The notes: a model not told the origin generated them from the sequence alone. 64,000 bases of DNA from an uncultured virus (IMG/VR IMGVR_UViG_3300025927_000002) (IMGVR_UViG_3300025927_000002), one strand, 5' to 3'; positions 37,929-46,964 are shown, counted from the stretch's first letter. A program made the numbers and translations.

Positions 37929-40169
37929 ATGGTCACACGCTCTAATAAGGTCACAAGACGAGCATTGTTGAGCGGCGCCGCGGCAGGAGCGGCGCTGGCG
38001 ACGAGCCAGTCAGCATCCTCCATGATGATCCGGCACGGCGGCAAGCAGCGCCCCACCTCTGTGGCAGGCGGTCCCCTTACGGTGTTGCTCGAATTCCGCG
38101 ACGGCAAAAGCATGGAATTCACCCAGAGCGCGGCGACCGATATCGGCGATTATGTCGGCACGTTCGTCCGGCAAAAATGCTTACGGCAGATTGCGGACGG
38201 GTACGGAGATTACCGCGACGCCTTTCTGGTCGATTTCCGGCCCGACGCCGACGGATCGCGTGATGAGGTTGTCATCGAATTCGGGACGCTGTTCAATTTC
38301 CCGGCGGGCACTGGCATACTGAATCGTCCCGCGGCGGCATCGGGTGTTGCGCCGCTGCATCTTGGTTTCCCGCCGGCACTAACTTACACCAAGCTCCTGA
38401 CCGGCGGCACGCATGCGCAAGCCGGTGAGATGATGCTTTACCACACTTACGTTACGCCAGCCGGCGAAACTCCGGCCACAAAAGCCGGCTATATCCCTTT
38501 TAAGCTAGGGGAACTATTTACGATAACATCGCCCCCACCCCATATGGACGCCACGGCTTATAATGTATATGCCGTCTGGAAATTGACCAGTGCCACTCCG
38601 CAAGCAACGCCGGGCAATGTTCCGGTCCGGCAAAACTCCACGCCAATCCCGCTCGGTACAGATTGGGCCGAGCCGGCCGAAGGCGTGGCGCTGACCGGCC
38701 CGACACTGCCTGCCTTTGTCAATTTTACCATTAGGCGCCCCACCACCATCGCGTACGATGCCACAATTAGCGGGGGTAGTCTGACGGCACCGATCACCGT
38801 GCAGGTGCCGGTGCATTACTGGCGGTCGCGCTGGCGCTGGTACTCGGCGCCGCGACCAATGAGACGAACTGTTGCGCAGGTTGTCGCATTGAAGGCGACG
38901 TTGCCAGTCGCGACAGTTTATGCCTATAGCCACGCGCCTCCCGGTGTATGGACGTGGGCGGGACCAATGGATAAGGGACCAATACAAGGTTACATGGGCA
39001 CAGCCGGCGGCCGTGCCGATATCGGATTTACGACGGATTGGGTGGCTGGGTACTTGGCTACGCAATCAGCCAACTCCGAAATCACGATGCGCACCTCGGC
39101 CGAGGCGACCGGAACGTGGGCTTGTTGGGTGCGGGATGCCTCTACGGGAGCGCTGGTCAATACGGCAACCGTCGCAAAGGTCCCCGCATTCGATGATGCC
39201 TTTCGTGGGACGGCTAACCCGCAAGACATCCCGGATGTGCTTAGCCAGGGGGAACTCTGGAGTTACATTTATGGTAACTCGTCGCATGTACCAAATCTCG
39301 CATTCGTTCCGTGGATGCTAACCGATGATCCGTATTATCTGGAGGGCGCCCATGTCGCTGCCAATTTCTGCATCTTGGAAACCAATGGTAAACGAAATTC
39401 CCTTGGCGTCAAGGTCCAGACCGCTGATTTAACGCCGCGTGGTTGGGCTTGGTCAAAGCGTGATGTTTTACAGTTGGCCGGTTTCTCGCCGACTGTGACG
39501 CCAAGCTGGTTATTGCCGCGATCGTACTGGACCACCGTAAAAGATGGCAACCGCGCTTTTGCGCAGCGATACCTGGATAACAAAGACAGCGCGGTATATA
39601 CGGTATTTGGTTTGATTCCAAACGTCGTCTCTTGGCCGGCTTTTCAGGCGGAATATATTGCATGCGTAATGGCCTGGGCAAAATGGAGTGGAACGTGTCC
39701 CGAATGGGACGCAATTGCGGACTATTCCACCAAAATAAGAATCGCTATGGCAGACCCCACCAACGCCTCCGGTTGGGATCATCGTTTGCAGGTATGGATG
39801 TATTTACCGATATATGACGCCAATTTGGGAGCGGGGGCTGGAGATATCAGGAGAGGCGATCCTCTGTGGGGCGGCACTTACAGTGTAAACACGCCAACGA
39901 GCCTAGCTCAGCTATGGGTAGATTATCTGGCGATGGTTGATGGGAATGCCGCGTTTGCTAGAGGCTGGCCCAAAAACCCGGATACCTGGCCGGCGGATGG
40001 CCTGGCGACCCGCGATGGGAATCTACCACATTACCGCGCGGCTCTCGCCGCATGCACTCTTGCTGGCTACCCGGGGGCGCGCGCGGGACATGACTGGCTC
40101 GCAGCGCAATTGGTAAAAGACCATAATTACGGCGGCGAATGGTTTAATTGGGCGATCTCGCCTGACTGA
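37929..40169 (+). CDS. Tat-signal protein, possibly a helical-toroid glycan-acting enzyme
   Basis: TRRALL twin-Arg motif; GGRADIG, H.P.LAFVPW..TDDPYYLE, RGWAW. Confidence 0.6.
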   Translation: MVTRSNKVTRRALLSGAAAGAALATSQSASSMMIRHGGKQRPTSVAGGPLTVLLEFRDGKSMEFTQSAATDIGDYVGTFVRQKCLRQIADGYGDYRDAFLVDFRPDADGSRDEVVIEFGTLFNFPAGTGILNRPAAASGVAPLHLGFPPALTYTKLLTGGTHAQAGEMMLYHTYVTPAGETPATKAGYIPFKLGELFTITSPPPHMDATAYNVYAVWKLTSATPQATPGNVPVRQNSTPIPLGTDWAEPAEGVALTGPTLPAFVNFTIRRPTTIAYDATISGGSLTAPITVQVPVHYWRSRWRWYSAPRPMRRTVAQVVALKATLPVATVYAYSHAPPGVWTWAGPMDKGPIQGYMGTAGGRADIGFTTDWVAGYLATQSANSEITMRTSAEATGTWACWVRDASTGALVNTATVAKVPAFDDAFRGTANPQDIPDVLSQGELWSYIYGNSSHVPNLAFVPWMLTDDPYYLEGAHVAANFCILETNGKRNSLGVKVQTADLTPRGWAWSKRDVLQLAGFSPTVTPSWLLPRSYWTTVKDGNRAFAQRYLDNKDSAVYTVFGLIPNVVSWPAFQAEYIACVMAWAKWSGTCPEWDAIADYSTKIRIAMADPTNASGWDHRLQVWMYLPIYDANLGAGAGDIRRGDPLWGGTYSVNTPTSLAQLWVDYLAMVDGNAAFARGWPKNPDTWPADGLATRDGNLPHYRAALAACTLAGYPGARAGHDWLAAQLVKDHNYGGEWFNWAISPD

Positions 40170-40227
40170 GCAAGATCTCCCTGACCGATAGGGATTAGGT
40201 GGTGAACCTTAATGCTTGGGTACCTGC

Positions 40228-40602
40228 ATGGAAGACATCCCGATATCGATCAAGGAGTATTTTGATACCAGGCTCAATGAACAGCGCCTGTATTTCGAGA
40301 GCAAATTCGAGGAGCGCGAGAAGCGGGCGATCGATGCAAGATCGTCCGCCTTCGAGCGCCTCGACCGATTGAACGAAATAAGCGAAGGCCGCGATAAGGC
40401 GCTGCGAATGGAAATCCGGCGGCTGGAAACGGCGCTGGCGCTTTACGCCACGGTCGAGGCGATGCAGTCCCTCGCGGCTAAAGTCGCGGTGATCGATGAG
40501 TGGAAATCGAATATGACCGGCCGGCTCTGGGCCATGACCGGGGCGCTCGTCTTGTTCCAAATCCTGCTGACACTGATCCGCGCGCATCTATATCCGAGTT
40601 GA
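40228..40602 (+). CDS. coiled-coil protein with C-terminal TM (lysis region)
   Basis: KEYFD.RL..., C-terminal hydrophobic helix. Confidence 0.65.
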   Translation: MEDIPISIKEYFDTRLNEQRLYFESKFEEREKRAIDARSSAFERLDRLNEISEGRDKALRMEIRRLETALALYATVEAMQSLAAKVAVIDEWKSNMTGRLWAMTGALVLFQILLTLIRAHLYPS

Positions 40603-40617
40603 GCGGCGAGCACATAG

Positions 40618-41124
40618 ATGGATCAAGCAATCCTGAATTCGGCCGGCCTGATCCTGCTGACGGCGGTGCTGACCTTCGTGATGGCTGCGTTCTGGAATCA
40701 ACGAAGCAAAAAAGACGCCGAGGCACGCGCGAAAGCCACCGCACTCGCCGAGGCGGAGGCGCACATGCGTGGTCGCATTTCAGACCTGGAGAAGCAATTG
40801 ATCGCACTCACCAGCGTCGTCACGCCACTATCGGCTGCGATGCAGGCTGTTTTTATTAAGGAATTAACCCATTTCCACACGCCAGAACTTGATGATCTAT
40901 TAACGAAGGTCCAGGATGGAACTCTCGAAGACGCAGAGGAGTCGCGGCTGCTTACCCTCCTGGAAGAGCGGTCGCGCGACCTGGATGGGCGCATCCCGGA
41001 TAGCGAACGCGACGTGGCGACGATGTTCCCGATGATGATGAAGCGGGTCAAGGCGGAACGGAGGCTCGCCGCGGTGGACATTCAAGTCGTGTCAATGACC
41101 GTGACGCGCGAGACCGATCCATGA
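40618..41124 (+). CDS. N-terminal TM coiled-coil protein
   Basis: Hydrophobic N-terminus. Confidence 0.65.
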   Translation: MDQAILNSAGLILLTAVLTFVMAAFWNQRSKKDAEARAKATALAEAEAHMRGRISDLEKQLIALTSVVTPLSAAMQAVFIKELTHFHTPELDDLLTKVQDGTLEDAEESRLLTLLEERSRDLDGRIPDSERDVATMFPMMMKRVKAERRLAAVDIQVVSMTVTRETDP

Positions 41125-41265
41125 CTAGAACCTAGAGCAGCGGCCCGGCCGACGTGGACTAGACGACGGCCGAGCCTGACCATCGCAGCCAGCAGGGAGG
41201 CCGCCAATGGCTGATGACGACGATACGGCGTGGCACGCCCGAGGCGCAATGCCGGGGGGACCGCC

Positions 41266-41688
41266 ATGCCGCGATTTTTCCTGTTGCTAGGTCACGGGAG
41301 AGCGCTTGAGACGTACCTGATCGGCGCTAAGTTGTTGATGGCAGCGCAAATGCTGGCGCCGGGCGTCACGACCCAGATCGTGCCGCTTCAGGATCTCTAT
41401 TGGATTCCAGATAAATTCCTCAGCGTCCCCTTCCTGGTGTTGGGGCTGACCCAGCTCGTCGGCATGATCCTCAACATGCGAGGATGGAAATCCTCGTGGA
41501 TCTGGCGCTCGGCGGGAGCCTCGATCGGGATTTGTCTGTGGTCCTGGCTGATTACCAAAACACTGCTGATTGGCGCGGTCGGCATCGGATCGCTGCCGTT
41601 TTGGGTTATGTCGTTTATTGCTTCCGTCTTTTTGTTGTGGCGAGGGGTCAACCGGCTCCCGCTTCCCGGTGCACCCGGGCCGTTATGA
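41266..41688 (+). CDS. multi-TM membrane protein
   Basis: About four hydrophobic segments. Confidence 0.6.
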   Translation: MPRFFLLLGHGRALETYLIGAKLLMAAQMLAPGVTTQIVPLQDLYWIPDKFLSVPFLVLGLTQLVGMILNMRGWKSSWIWRSAGASIGICLWSWLITKTLLIGAVGIGSLPFWVMSFIASVFLLWRGVNRLPLPGAPGPL

Positions 41689-41984
41689 TGGGCGCCGATC
41701 CGAACATCATCGCGACGACTGCTGCAGCCTTTGCTGGGGCATTTCTGACATTCCTGATTAGCCGCATCAGCAAAAATTGGGATGCCCGTGGCCAAGCCGA
41801 AGCAGCGCTTCTGGGGATCGCCCCGCCGATTATCGCCGAGCTGAACAAGCATATCGCCGGACTTAACGAGCAGATCGAGGCGCTCTGGAAGCGCGATTAT
41901 GAGTGCCGCCGGGAACTGGAAAAGGCAAAGCAGCGCATCCTGTCGCTCGAACGGAAGATCGGGCCATTCCCAAAAGGAGAATAA
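41685..41984 (+). CDS. N-terminal TM coiled-coil protein
   Basis: ATGA overlap; TM followed by coiled coil. Confidence 0.6.
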   Translation: MMGADPNIIATTAAAFAGAFLTFLISRISKNWDARGQAEAALLGIAPPIIAELNKHIAGLNEQIEALWKRDYECRRELEKAKQRILSLERKIGPFPKGE

Positions 41985-41985
41985 A

Positions 41986-42201
41986 ATGTCCTGCCTTGCC
42001 GGCATCGGCGCCATCCTGATCTGGCTCATTATTTTATGCGCGGTCGTCGCGATTGCACGGATTCTCCTGGCCTACGCATCCGTCCCGCCTGTTATCGTGC
42101 AGATTGCTAATGTGCTCCTGTGGGCCGTGATAGCAATCGCCTGCATCTACATTGTGTTTGAGCTATTGGGCTGCGCTGTAGCGCTCCCCAGGTTGCGATG
42201 A
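41986..42201 (+). CDS. small 2-TM membrane protein
   Basis: AGGAG RBS; two TM helices. Confidence 0.65.
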   Translation: MSCLAGIGAILIWLIILCAVVAIARILLAYASVPPVIVQIANVLLWAVIAIACIYIVFELLGCAVALPRLR

Positions 42202-42479
42202 CCCGCGAGCACGAATATCTGCCAGCGGGTGACGGTTTACCGGATCGGTGTAAGCACTGCGGCGCGCCGAAGCATCCGACATTTTTCTACACCTGCTTGG
42301 AGCGACGCAGCGAAAAGAAGCCGCCGCGCGCCATCCCGCGCTCCGGGGTTGACGACAATGATGCGATCTCGGCGCGGCTCGCCGAATTGCGGAAAGAGCG
42401 CGAGGCGGGGCTAAACAGCCCGGCGGAACCCGCTTCTGTGGTCGTCGCCGATGAGGCGCCGGACTGGATGTGCGGCTGA
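42198..42479 (+). CDS. hypothetical protein
   Basis: ATGA overlap; CKHC motif. Confidence 0.5.
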   Translation: MTREHEYLPAGDGLPDRCKHCGAPKHPTFFYTCLERRSEKKPPRAIPRSGVDDNDAISARLAELRKEREAGLNSPAEPASVVVADEAPDWMCG

Positions 42480-42595
42480 GCCGCAACGCAAATCGGCGGC
42501 AGGGGTTCCAGCCCCGACCGCCGATGGTGAGCCGAAGCCCGCAGTGTCTGTTCAGAGACAGTAGGAAATTACCACAACGCCAATCGCATTGCAAT

Positions 42596-42631
42596 AAAAA
42601 AAGCCGGGAGCTGGGTCACCAGCTCACCGGC
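42596..42631 (-). terminator. intrinsic terminator
   Basis: GCCGGTGAGCTGG-TGAC-CCAGCTCCCGGC followed by T7 on the minus strand. Confidence 0.75.
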
Positions 42632-42738
42632 AGAATTCGAAAACCAGCACAACACTTCGCACCGCCAAGACTATAGCGGTCGGCCAGGATAAGCAAGCGG
42701 AAATACGCGGCTATTCCGCAGCCTCGCGACTAGCGGCG

Positions 42739-43467
42739 TCAGGACCTGGTGCGGTCCCGCCAGGATAACCACAACCCCCAGCCCAGGAACCCTGTCAGCA
42801 GCAACCAGCTGCTCGGCTCCGGCACCGCCGAAGGTGCCCCGAGCACCGGATCGAGCACGAAGTTGCCGAACCGGCTGTCACCGCCGATGCGGTTGGCATT
42901 GTCGATCGCGGTGAAAGTAGTCCCAAAATACCAGAATTGCTGCCAAAACTCGCTCCCGTAACGGTCTGCAAGATCCGCTATAGAAGCAGCGTCAAGACTT
43001 GGATGCTCAGATCGCAGCACGCGCTCGTCGCCGCCGTCGCTGACGAACGCACCAGCGAGTTCATCGAACCCGATAAAAAGACCGTTGTCGTTCACCCCGG
43101 CGACAAAATACGGAAAGTCGGCCGAGCAGCAAACCACGCTGCCATTGTTGGACACGATTGCGACGTCCACCCAAAGCCGATCCCATGCCTCACCGACCCA
43201 CAGCCCGGCACCTCCCGGCTGCGTCCTGACGATCTCCAGCTCGGGGTCAACCGTGATCCCTTGGGACTCCAGGTATTCGCGAATTGCGTCAACAGTCGGC
43301 GCGGCGCCGCCGTGGCCGTCCGGCACGACCGTCCCGCCCCATGTCAGATGGTAAAGACTCGGTATGATGGGCTCGGCCTGGGCCGCGCCCGCGACAAAAC
43401 CTAGCAGGGCGACCGATGCCAATGCGGCACGGATTGTGGTATGCTTGCGGGTAGCCATGCGACGCAT
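42739..43467 (-). CDS. PEP-CTERM sorting-domain protein
   Basis: Signal peptide (AQA); C-terminal VPEPSSWLLL + TM + basic tail. Confidence 0.88.
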   Translation of the reverse strand: MRRMATRKHTTIRAALASVALLGFVAGAAQAEPIIPSLYHLTWGGTVVPDGHGGAAPTVDAIREYLESQGITVDPELEIVRTQPGGAGLWVGEAWDRLWVDVAIVSNNGSVVCCSADFPYFVAGVNDNGLFIGFDELAGAFVSDGGDERVLRSEHPSLDAASIADLADRYGSEFWQQFWYFGTTFTAIDNANRIGGDSRFGNFVLDPVLGAPSAVPEPSSWLLLTGFLGWGLWLSWRDRTRS

Positions 43468-43530
43468 CCTCCAGTGATGCTCGGGTGGTGAGAGACAGCG
43501 GCCCGTTGTCCGCGGGCCACTGTCTCGCTA

Positions 43531-43560
43531 ATCGTAGACATAATTTTCAATTATACGCAA
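43531..43560 (-). promoter_or_regulatory. sigma70-like promoter of the first PEP-CTERM gene
   Basis: TTGCGT-N18-TACGAT with AT-rich spacer. Confidence 0.55.
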
Positions 43561-43573
43561 GAGCGTTGAATCA

Positions 43574-43595
43574 GAAACGCCGCCCGAAGGCGGCG
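43574..43595 (-). terminator. intrinsic terminator after the HNH remnant
   Basis: CGCCGCC-TTCG-GGCGGCG-TTTC. Confidence 0.6.
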
Positions 43596-43647
43596 ATTCC
43601 AAGCTCAGGCCCTACATCTGAACCTTCTGGCGCGGTGCTAAGATAGG

Positions 43648-43926
43648 CTATTCAGCGGCCTCCCGCAAGTTCAGCTCCGCATATTCGGCGCTCTCCTGCG
43701 CACGGTGCGCGTAAAGCAGCCTGTCTTGCACACGCACCACTAGATAGCCATTCGCTCCTTCGGTCCCGGCTATTCTCCCGGCGAATCGCGTGTTGACGCT
43801 ATGCCAGTGATTCTCGTCTGAGAAATGGGCGAGCGGACGACCGCGCCAGATTATGTTCCCGGTTTGCGGATCGTAATCAAAGCACTCACGCAAGTAACTC
43901 GCGTCCGGCAATTCTCGGTTTCTCAT
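43648..43926 (-). pseudogene. truncated HNH homing endonuclease
   Basis: LRECFDYDPQTG...RFAG..AG...NGY.......YAHR, then stops before the HNH core. Confidence 0.7.
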
Positions 43927-43979
43927 CGCCCGCCCTCGTACATTTTGATAATTTTACAACGGAGTGCTTCGTGACATCA

Positions 43980-44627
43980 ATGAATAGTGTGTCGTTTGAA
44001 ATGCCGACGACGGGCTCATGGGAGCAGCGTGGCGGATGGGTCGTCAATGCGCTCGCTAGCGATTTCTCACTGACGCTCAGCCAGGCCGCCGGCATCGTCG
44101 GGAACCTGGGGCAGGAATCAATCGGCTTCACGAAACTGCAAGAGATTCAGCCGGCTGTTCACGGAAGCCGAGGCGGCTACGGCTGGGCGCAATGGACCGG
44201 ATCTCGGCGCGTCGCCTTCGAGGCATGGGCCACGGCGAACCGTCTCGACGTGTCTTCTGACGAGGCGAATTACGGCTATCTGTGCGAAGAGCTACGCGGC
44301 GCCTACAAAAAGACCATCACCGCGTTGCGCCAATGCACCACGGTCGATGACGCAACATGGTCATTCGGGCAAACATTCGAGCGTCCTGGCGGTACGACCA
44401 AATCGAACCTACCAGGCTATGCTGACCGCCTAGATTACGCAAGGCGAGCACTGGCCGCGGCCACTCAGAACAAACCGCCTGTTACTCAAAGCCCTGCAGC
44501 ACCTCCGATTGACCAGGATCTGCTCACCGACCTTGTGCGAGCGACGCAGCGGGTCGTCGGCGTCACGCCAGACGGGCAGATGGGGCCGGTCACCTTCGCG
44601 GCGATTAAACAAGCGCAATCATCATGA
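43980..44627 (+). CDS. endolysin (phage tail-lysozyme family) with C-terminal peptidoglycan-binding segment
   Basis: AAGIVGNLGQES, GYGWAQWTG.R, FERP; Q...GV..DG..GP.T. Confidence 0.85.
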   Translation: MNSVSFEMPTTGSWEQRGGWVVNALASDFSLTLSQAAGIVGNLGQESIGFTKLQEIQPAVHGSRGGYGWAQWTGSRRVAFEAWATANRLDVSSDEANYGYLCEELRGAYKKTITALRQCTTVDDATWSFGQTFERPGGTTKSNLPGYADRLDYARRALAAATQNKPPVTQSPAAPPIDQDLLTDLVRATQRVVGVTPDGQMGPVTFAAIKQAQSS

Positions 44628-44917
44628 CGCCGCAAAATGTCGCCGCATGGGGGGCGCTGGCAACATCGGTCCTAGCGCAGCTCCTGTTTGCCGGCAGCCT
44701 GATTGTCGCATTTTTTATGCATGATATGAGCCTGTTATTGCTCGTGGTCGGCGCGGTTATCGCAAATGCAACAACCGTGGTAAATTATTGGGTTGGCTCC
44801 AGCAGTGGCAGCCAAAAAAAGGACGACACGATTTCGCGCATGAAAAATGGCGACGCCGACGCGCCCCCGGTCGCGATTGCAATAAGCAATTCCGAACCCG
44901 AAAAGGCAACCCCATGA
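44624..44917 (+). CDS. holin
   Basis: Two TMs and YWVGSS.GS..K motif; follows the endolysin. Confidence 0.75.
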   Translation: MTPQNVAAWGALATSVLAQLLFAGSLIVAFFMHDMSLLLLVVGAVIANATTVVNYWVGSSSGSQKKDDTISRMKNGDADAPPVAIAISNSEPEKATP

Positions 44918-45234
44918 TCCGCACCGGCACGCTTTGCTCCGGACTGGCGTTGCTCGCGGGATGCGCTGCCCCGTCCGCCGCGCCGATGACCGCGCTGCCG
45001 CAGGGTTATACCGACGATCTCGCGCGGCAGGAATTGGTCGAACGGCAAATCCTGCAATCGTGCATCTGGTCGGGGTATTTCCAGAGCCAGGGTAGTCCGA
45101 CGGTCACGGCCATACCGAACAGACCGTTGCCGCACGTTGCTCAGGGGACCGCGCAAGTCTGCGCCAATCCGGCCGCCTATGCCCGCACGCCTCATATCGC
45201 CAACTGGGTATGGCGGACGCTGCGCCACCCTTGA
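44914..45234 (+). CDS. lipoprotein (possible spanin)
   Basis: Lipobox LLAGC. Confidence 0.65.
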   Translation: MIRTGTLCSGLALLAGCAAPSAAPMTALPQGYTDDLARQELVERQILQSCIWSGYFQSQGSPTVTAIPNRPLPHVAQGTAQVCANPAAYARTPHIANWVWRTLRHP

Positions 45235-45278
45235 CGCCCTGGCCGCCATTGCACAATGGCGACCAGGATAAGCTCAAG

Positions 45279-45929
45279 CTACAGCAGCCAGCGTCGCCTG
45301 CTATATAGCCCAAACCCTGTCAAAGCTGCGCCGAGCAAGGCCAGGCTGGCGGGCTCAGGAACCTCCGTCTGGCTATAAGTTTGGTCGATAATCGAGATCG
45401 TCGCTTGCCCGTGCTCTGGCCCGATATACTCGATATCCTTGAAAACCCGGATATTGAGCGCCGCTTCCGACAGATCGACGTGATCGGTGAATTGCGCCGG
45501 CGGGTTCAGCACGTTGAGCACCCCGATCAGATGCCCGTTGTCGATATTGAAGATCATCTCATTGATCGAGCTGATCGGCGTTCCGTTGAAAAACATCGAC
45601 GCGTCGGTGAACGCGCTGCCGGCGATATGCGCGTCATAGCTGATAGCGGTGTCGCCAAACTGGCCGGGCAGCGCGTTGAACGCGCCGTTGATCCTGATGC
45701 CAAACTCACCCGGGAACGGATCGGGCGGCGTCGTGCTGACGTAAGGCTCGACATTGATCTGGCCGCAGGGGACTCCGGTGCTCGTGCAGGTAAAGTTGTC
45801 GAATGTAATGTTTCCCGACGCGACGATCGGACTTGGCAGGATCGGCTGGGCATCAACTGGCCCCGACGCGATCGCAGCAGCGACCAGCGCCGCCGACACT
45901 GCGGTTGAGGTTATGAATGGTCGATGCAT
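45279..45929 (-). CDS. PEP-CTERM sorting-domain protein
   Basis: Signal peptide; VPEPASLALLGAALTGFGLYSRRR; AGGAG RBS. Confidence 0.92.
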   Translation of the reverse strand: MHRPFITSTAVSAALVAAAIASGPVDAQPILPSPIVASGNITFDNFTCTSTGVPCGQINVEPYVSTTPPDPFPGEFGIRINGAFNALPGQFGDTAISYDAHIAGSAFTDASMFFNGTPISSINEMIFNIDNGHLIGVLNVLNPPAQFTDHVDLSEAALNIRVFKDIEYIGPEHGQATISIIDQTYSQTEVPEPASLALLGAALTGFGLYSRRRWLL

Positions 45930-45973
45930 TTACAGGCTCCTATGGGTCGCGGAGTGCGACATCTGAGACGGCC

Positions 45974-45989
45974 TGCATGTACCGTGCCA
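45974..45989 (-). promoter_or_regulatory. sigma54 (-24/-12) promoter
   Basis: TGGCACGGTACATGCA with GG-N10-GC spacing, one mismatch from consensus. Confidence 0.85.
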
Positions 45990-46008
45990 TATCGATAAAT
46001 GATTGATA

Positions 46009-46021
46009 TATCAATGGGTTA
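46009..46021 (+). promoter_or_regulatory. IHF site
   Basis: TATCAATGGGTTA matches WATCAANNNNTTR. Confidence 0.7.
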
Positions 46022-46053
46022 GTTGTAAGGTCTTGGTCTCGGGAACACTGATT

Positions 46054-46070
46054 TGTAAAATTTCCCGACA
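46054..46070. promoter_or_regulatory. enhancer-binding protein site (PrsR-like box)
   Basis: TGTAAAATTTCCCGACA, TGT-N11-ACA. Confidence 0.7.
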
Positions 46071-46105
46071 CCGCTACAGGATTCCGAAAATCTCGAATCT
46101 AATGA

Positions 46106-46118
46106 AATCAATGGGTTA
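46106..46118 (+). promoter_or_regulatory. second IHF site
   Basis: AATCAATGGGTTA. Confidence 0.65.
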
Positions 46119-46142
46119 AGCGTTCACGGATTCCGTTGTCGC

Positions 46143-46159
46143 TGTCGGATTTTTTTACG
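46143..46159. promoter_or_regulatory. second enhancer box (inverted)
   Basis: TGTCGGATTTTTTTACG, reverse complement CGTAAAAAAATCCGACA. Confidence 0.65.
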
Positions 46160-46409
46160 CACTGACCTCAGCCCGAATCCCCTTGCCGACGCGGGATTCT
46201 TGCGGGAACATAGAAGAGCGCGCGGGGGTCGCGCGTGATCGCGGAGGACGCGATGCGTAGATAAAGCAAGCCCGCTTCCGTGGCGGAAAGCGGGCTAGCA
46301 TACCGGCCGTCGCCGGAGGAATCGCGTGTGAGCAACGCGATCCTCTGACATCCGCTCGGCAAAAGCAAGCTCTTTCTTGCCATGGGCGAGCTGCGCTCGG
46401 AGTGCAGCC

Positions 46410-46964
46410 ATGCCGTTTGCAATCGTAGCCGTAAATCACGAGACCTACCGCCAACTCCCATCGCCGCAAGCCCGCTGGCTCCTGATGTGCCTGGCGCGTT
46501 ATGCCGATCGCGATGGTCGGTGCTGGCCGAGCATGCGACAGCTCGCCGCGGATTCCCGCATGAGCCTCGCGACCGTGTGCCGTTATCTGAAATCGATGGC
46601 GGAATTAGGCGTGTTTCAGCGCGCCCGACGCGGCGTCGGCCGATACAGCTACCGGCTCGCGGAAGCCTACGTTCCGCGCCTGCCGGGGCGTGTTTCATCC
46701 GCGCCAACCCGGACGTTTCAAGGCAAGGAACACGATAAGCAGGATCACAGGAGAAGCTATAAAAATCACACCGATTACGATAAGCAGAGCATCAAGCATG
46801 CCGATTCCCCTCCCCCCGAGCCCCCGCTCACCCCTGCTGAGCGCGCCGGGTTTGCGAAGCGGCTGGGCGATTTGGTCGCGTCACTTAGAGCTGACGTCAC
46901 TCCGCCTGAGCGGGCTTGGCGGGCACAACCATGGGCGCGTGCAGGATTGGAGGCAGCAGGCTAA
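46410..46964 (+). CDS. HTH_36-type (replication-initiator-like) DNA-binding protein
   Basis: LL..LARYAD..G.CWPS...LA....S..TV...LK. Confidence 0.75.
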   Translation: MPFAIVAVNHETYRQLPSPQARWLLMCLARYADRDGRCWPSMRQLAADSRMSLATVCRYLKSMAELGVFQRARRGVGRYSYRLAEAYVPRLPGRVSSAPTRTFQGKEHDKQDHRRSYKNHTDYDKQSIKHADSPPPEPPLTPAERAGFAKRLGDLVASLRADVTPPERAWRAQPWARAGLEAAG

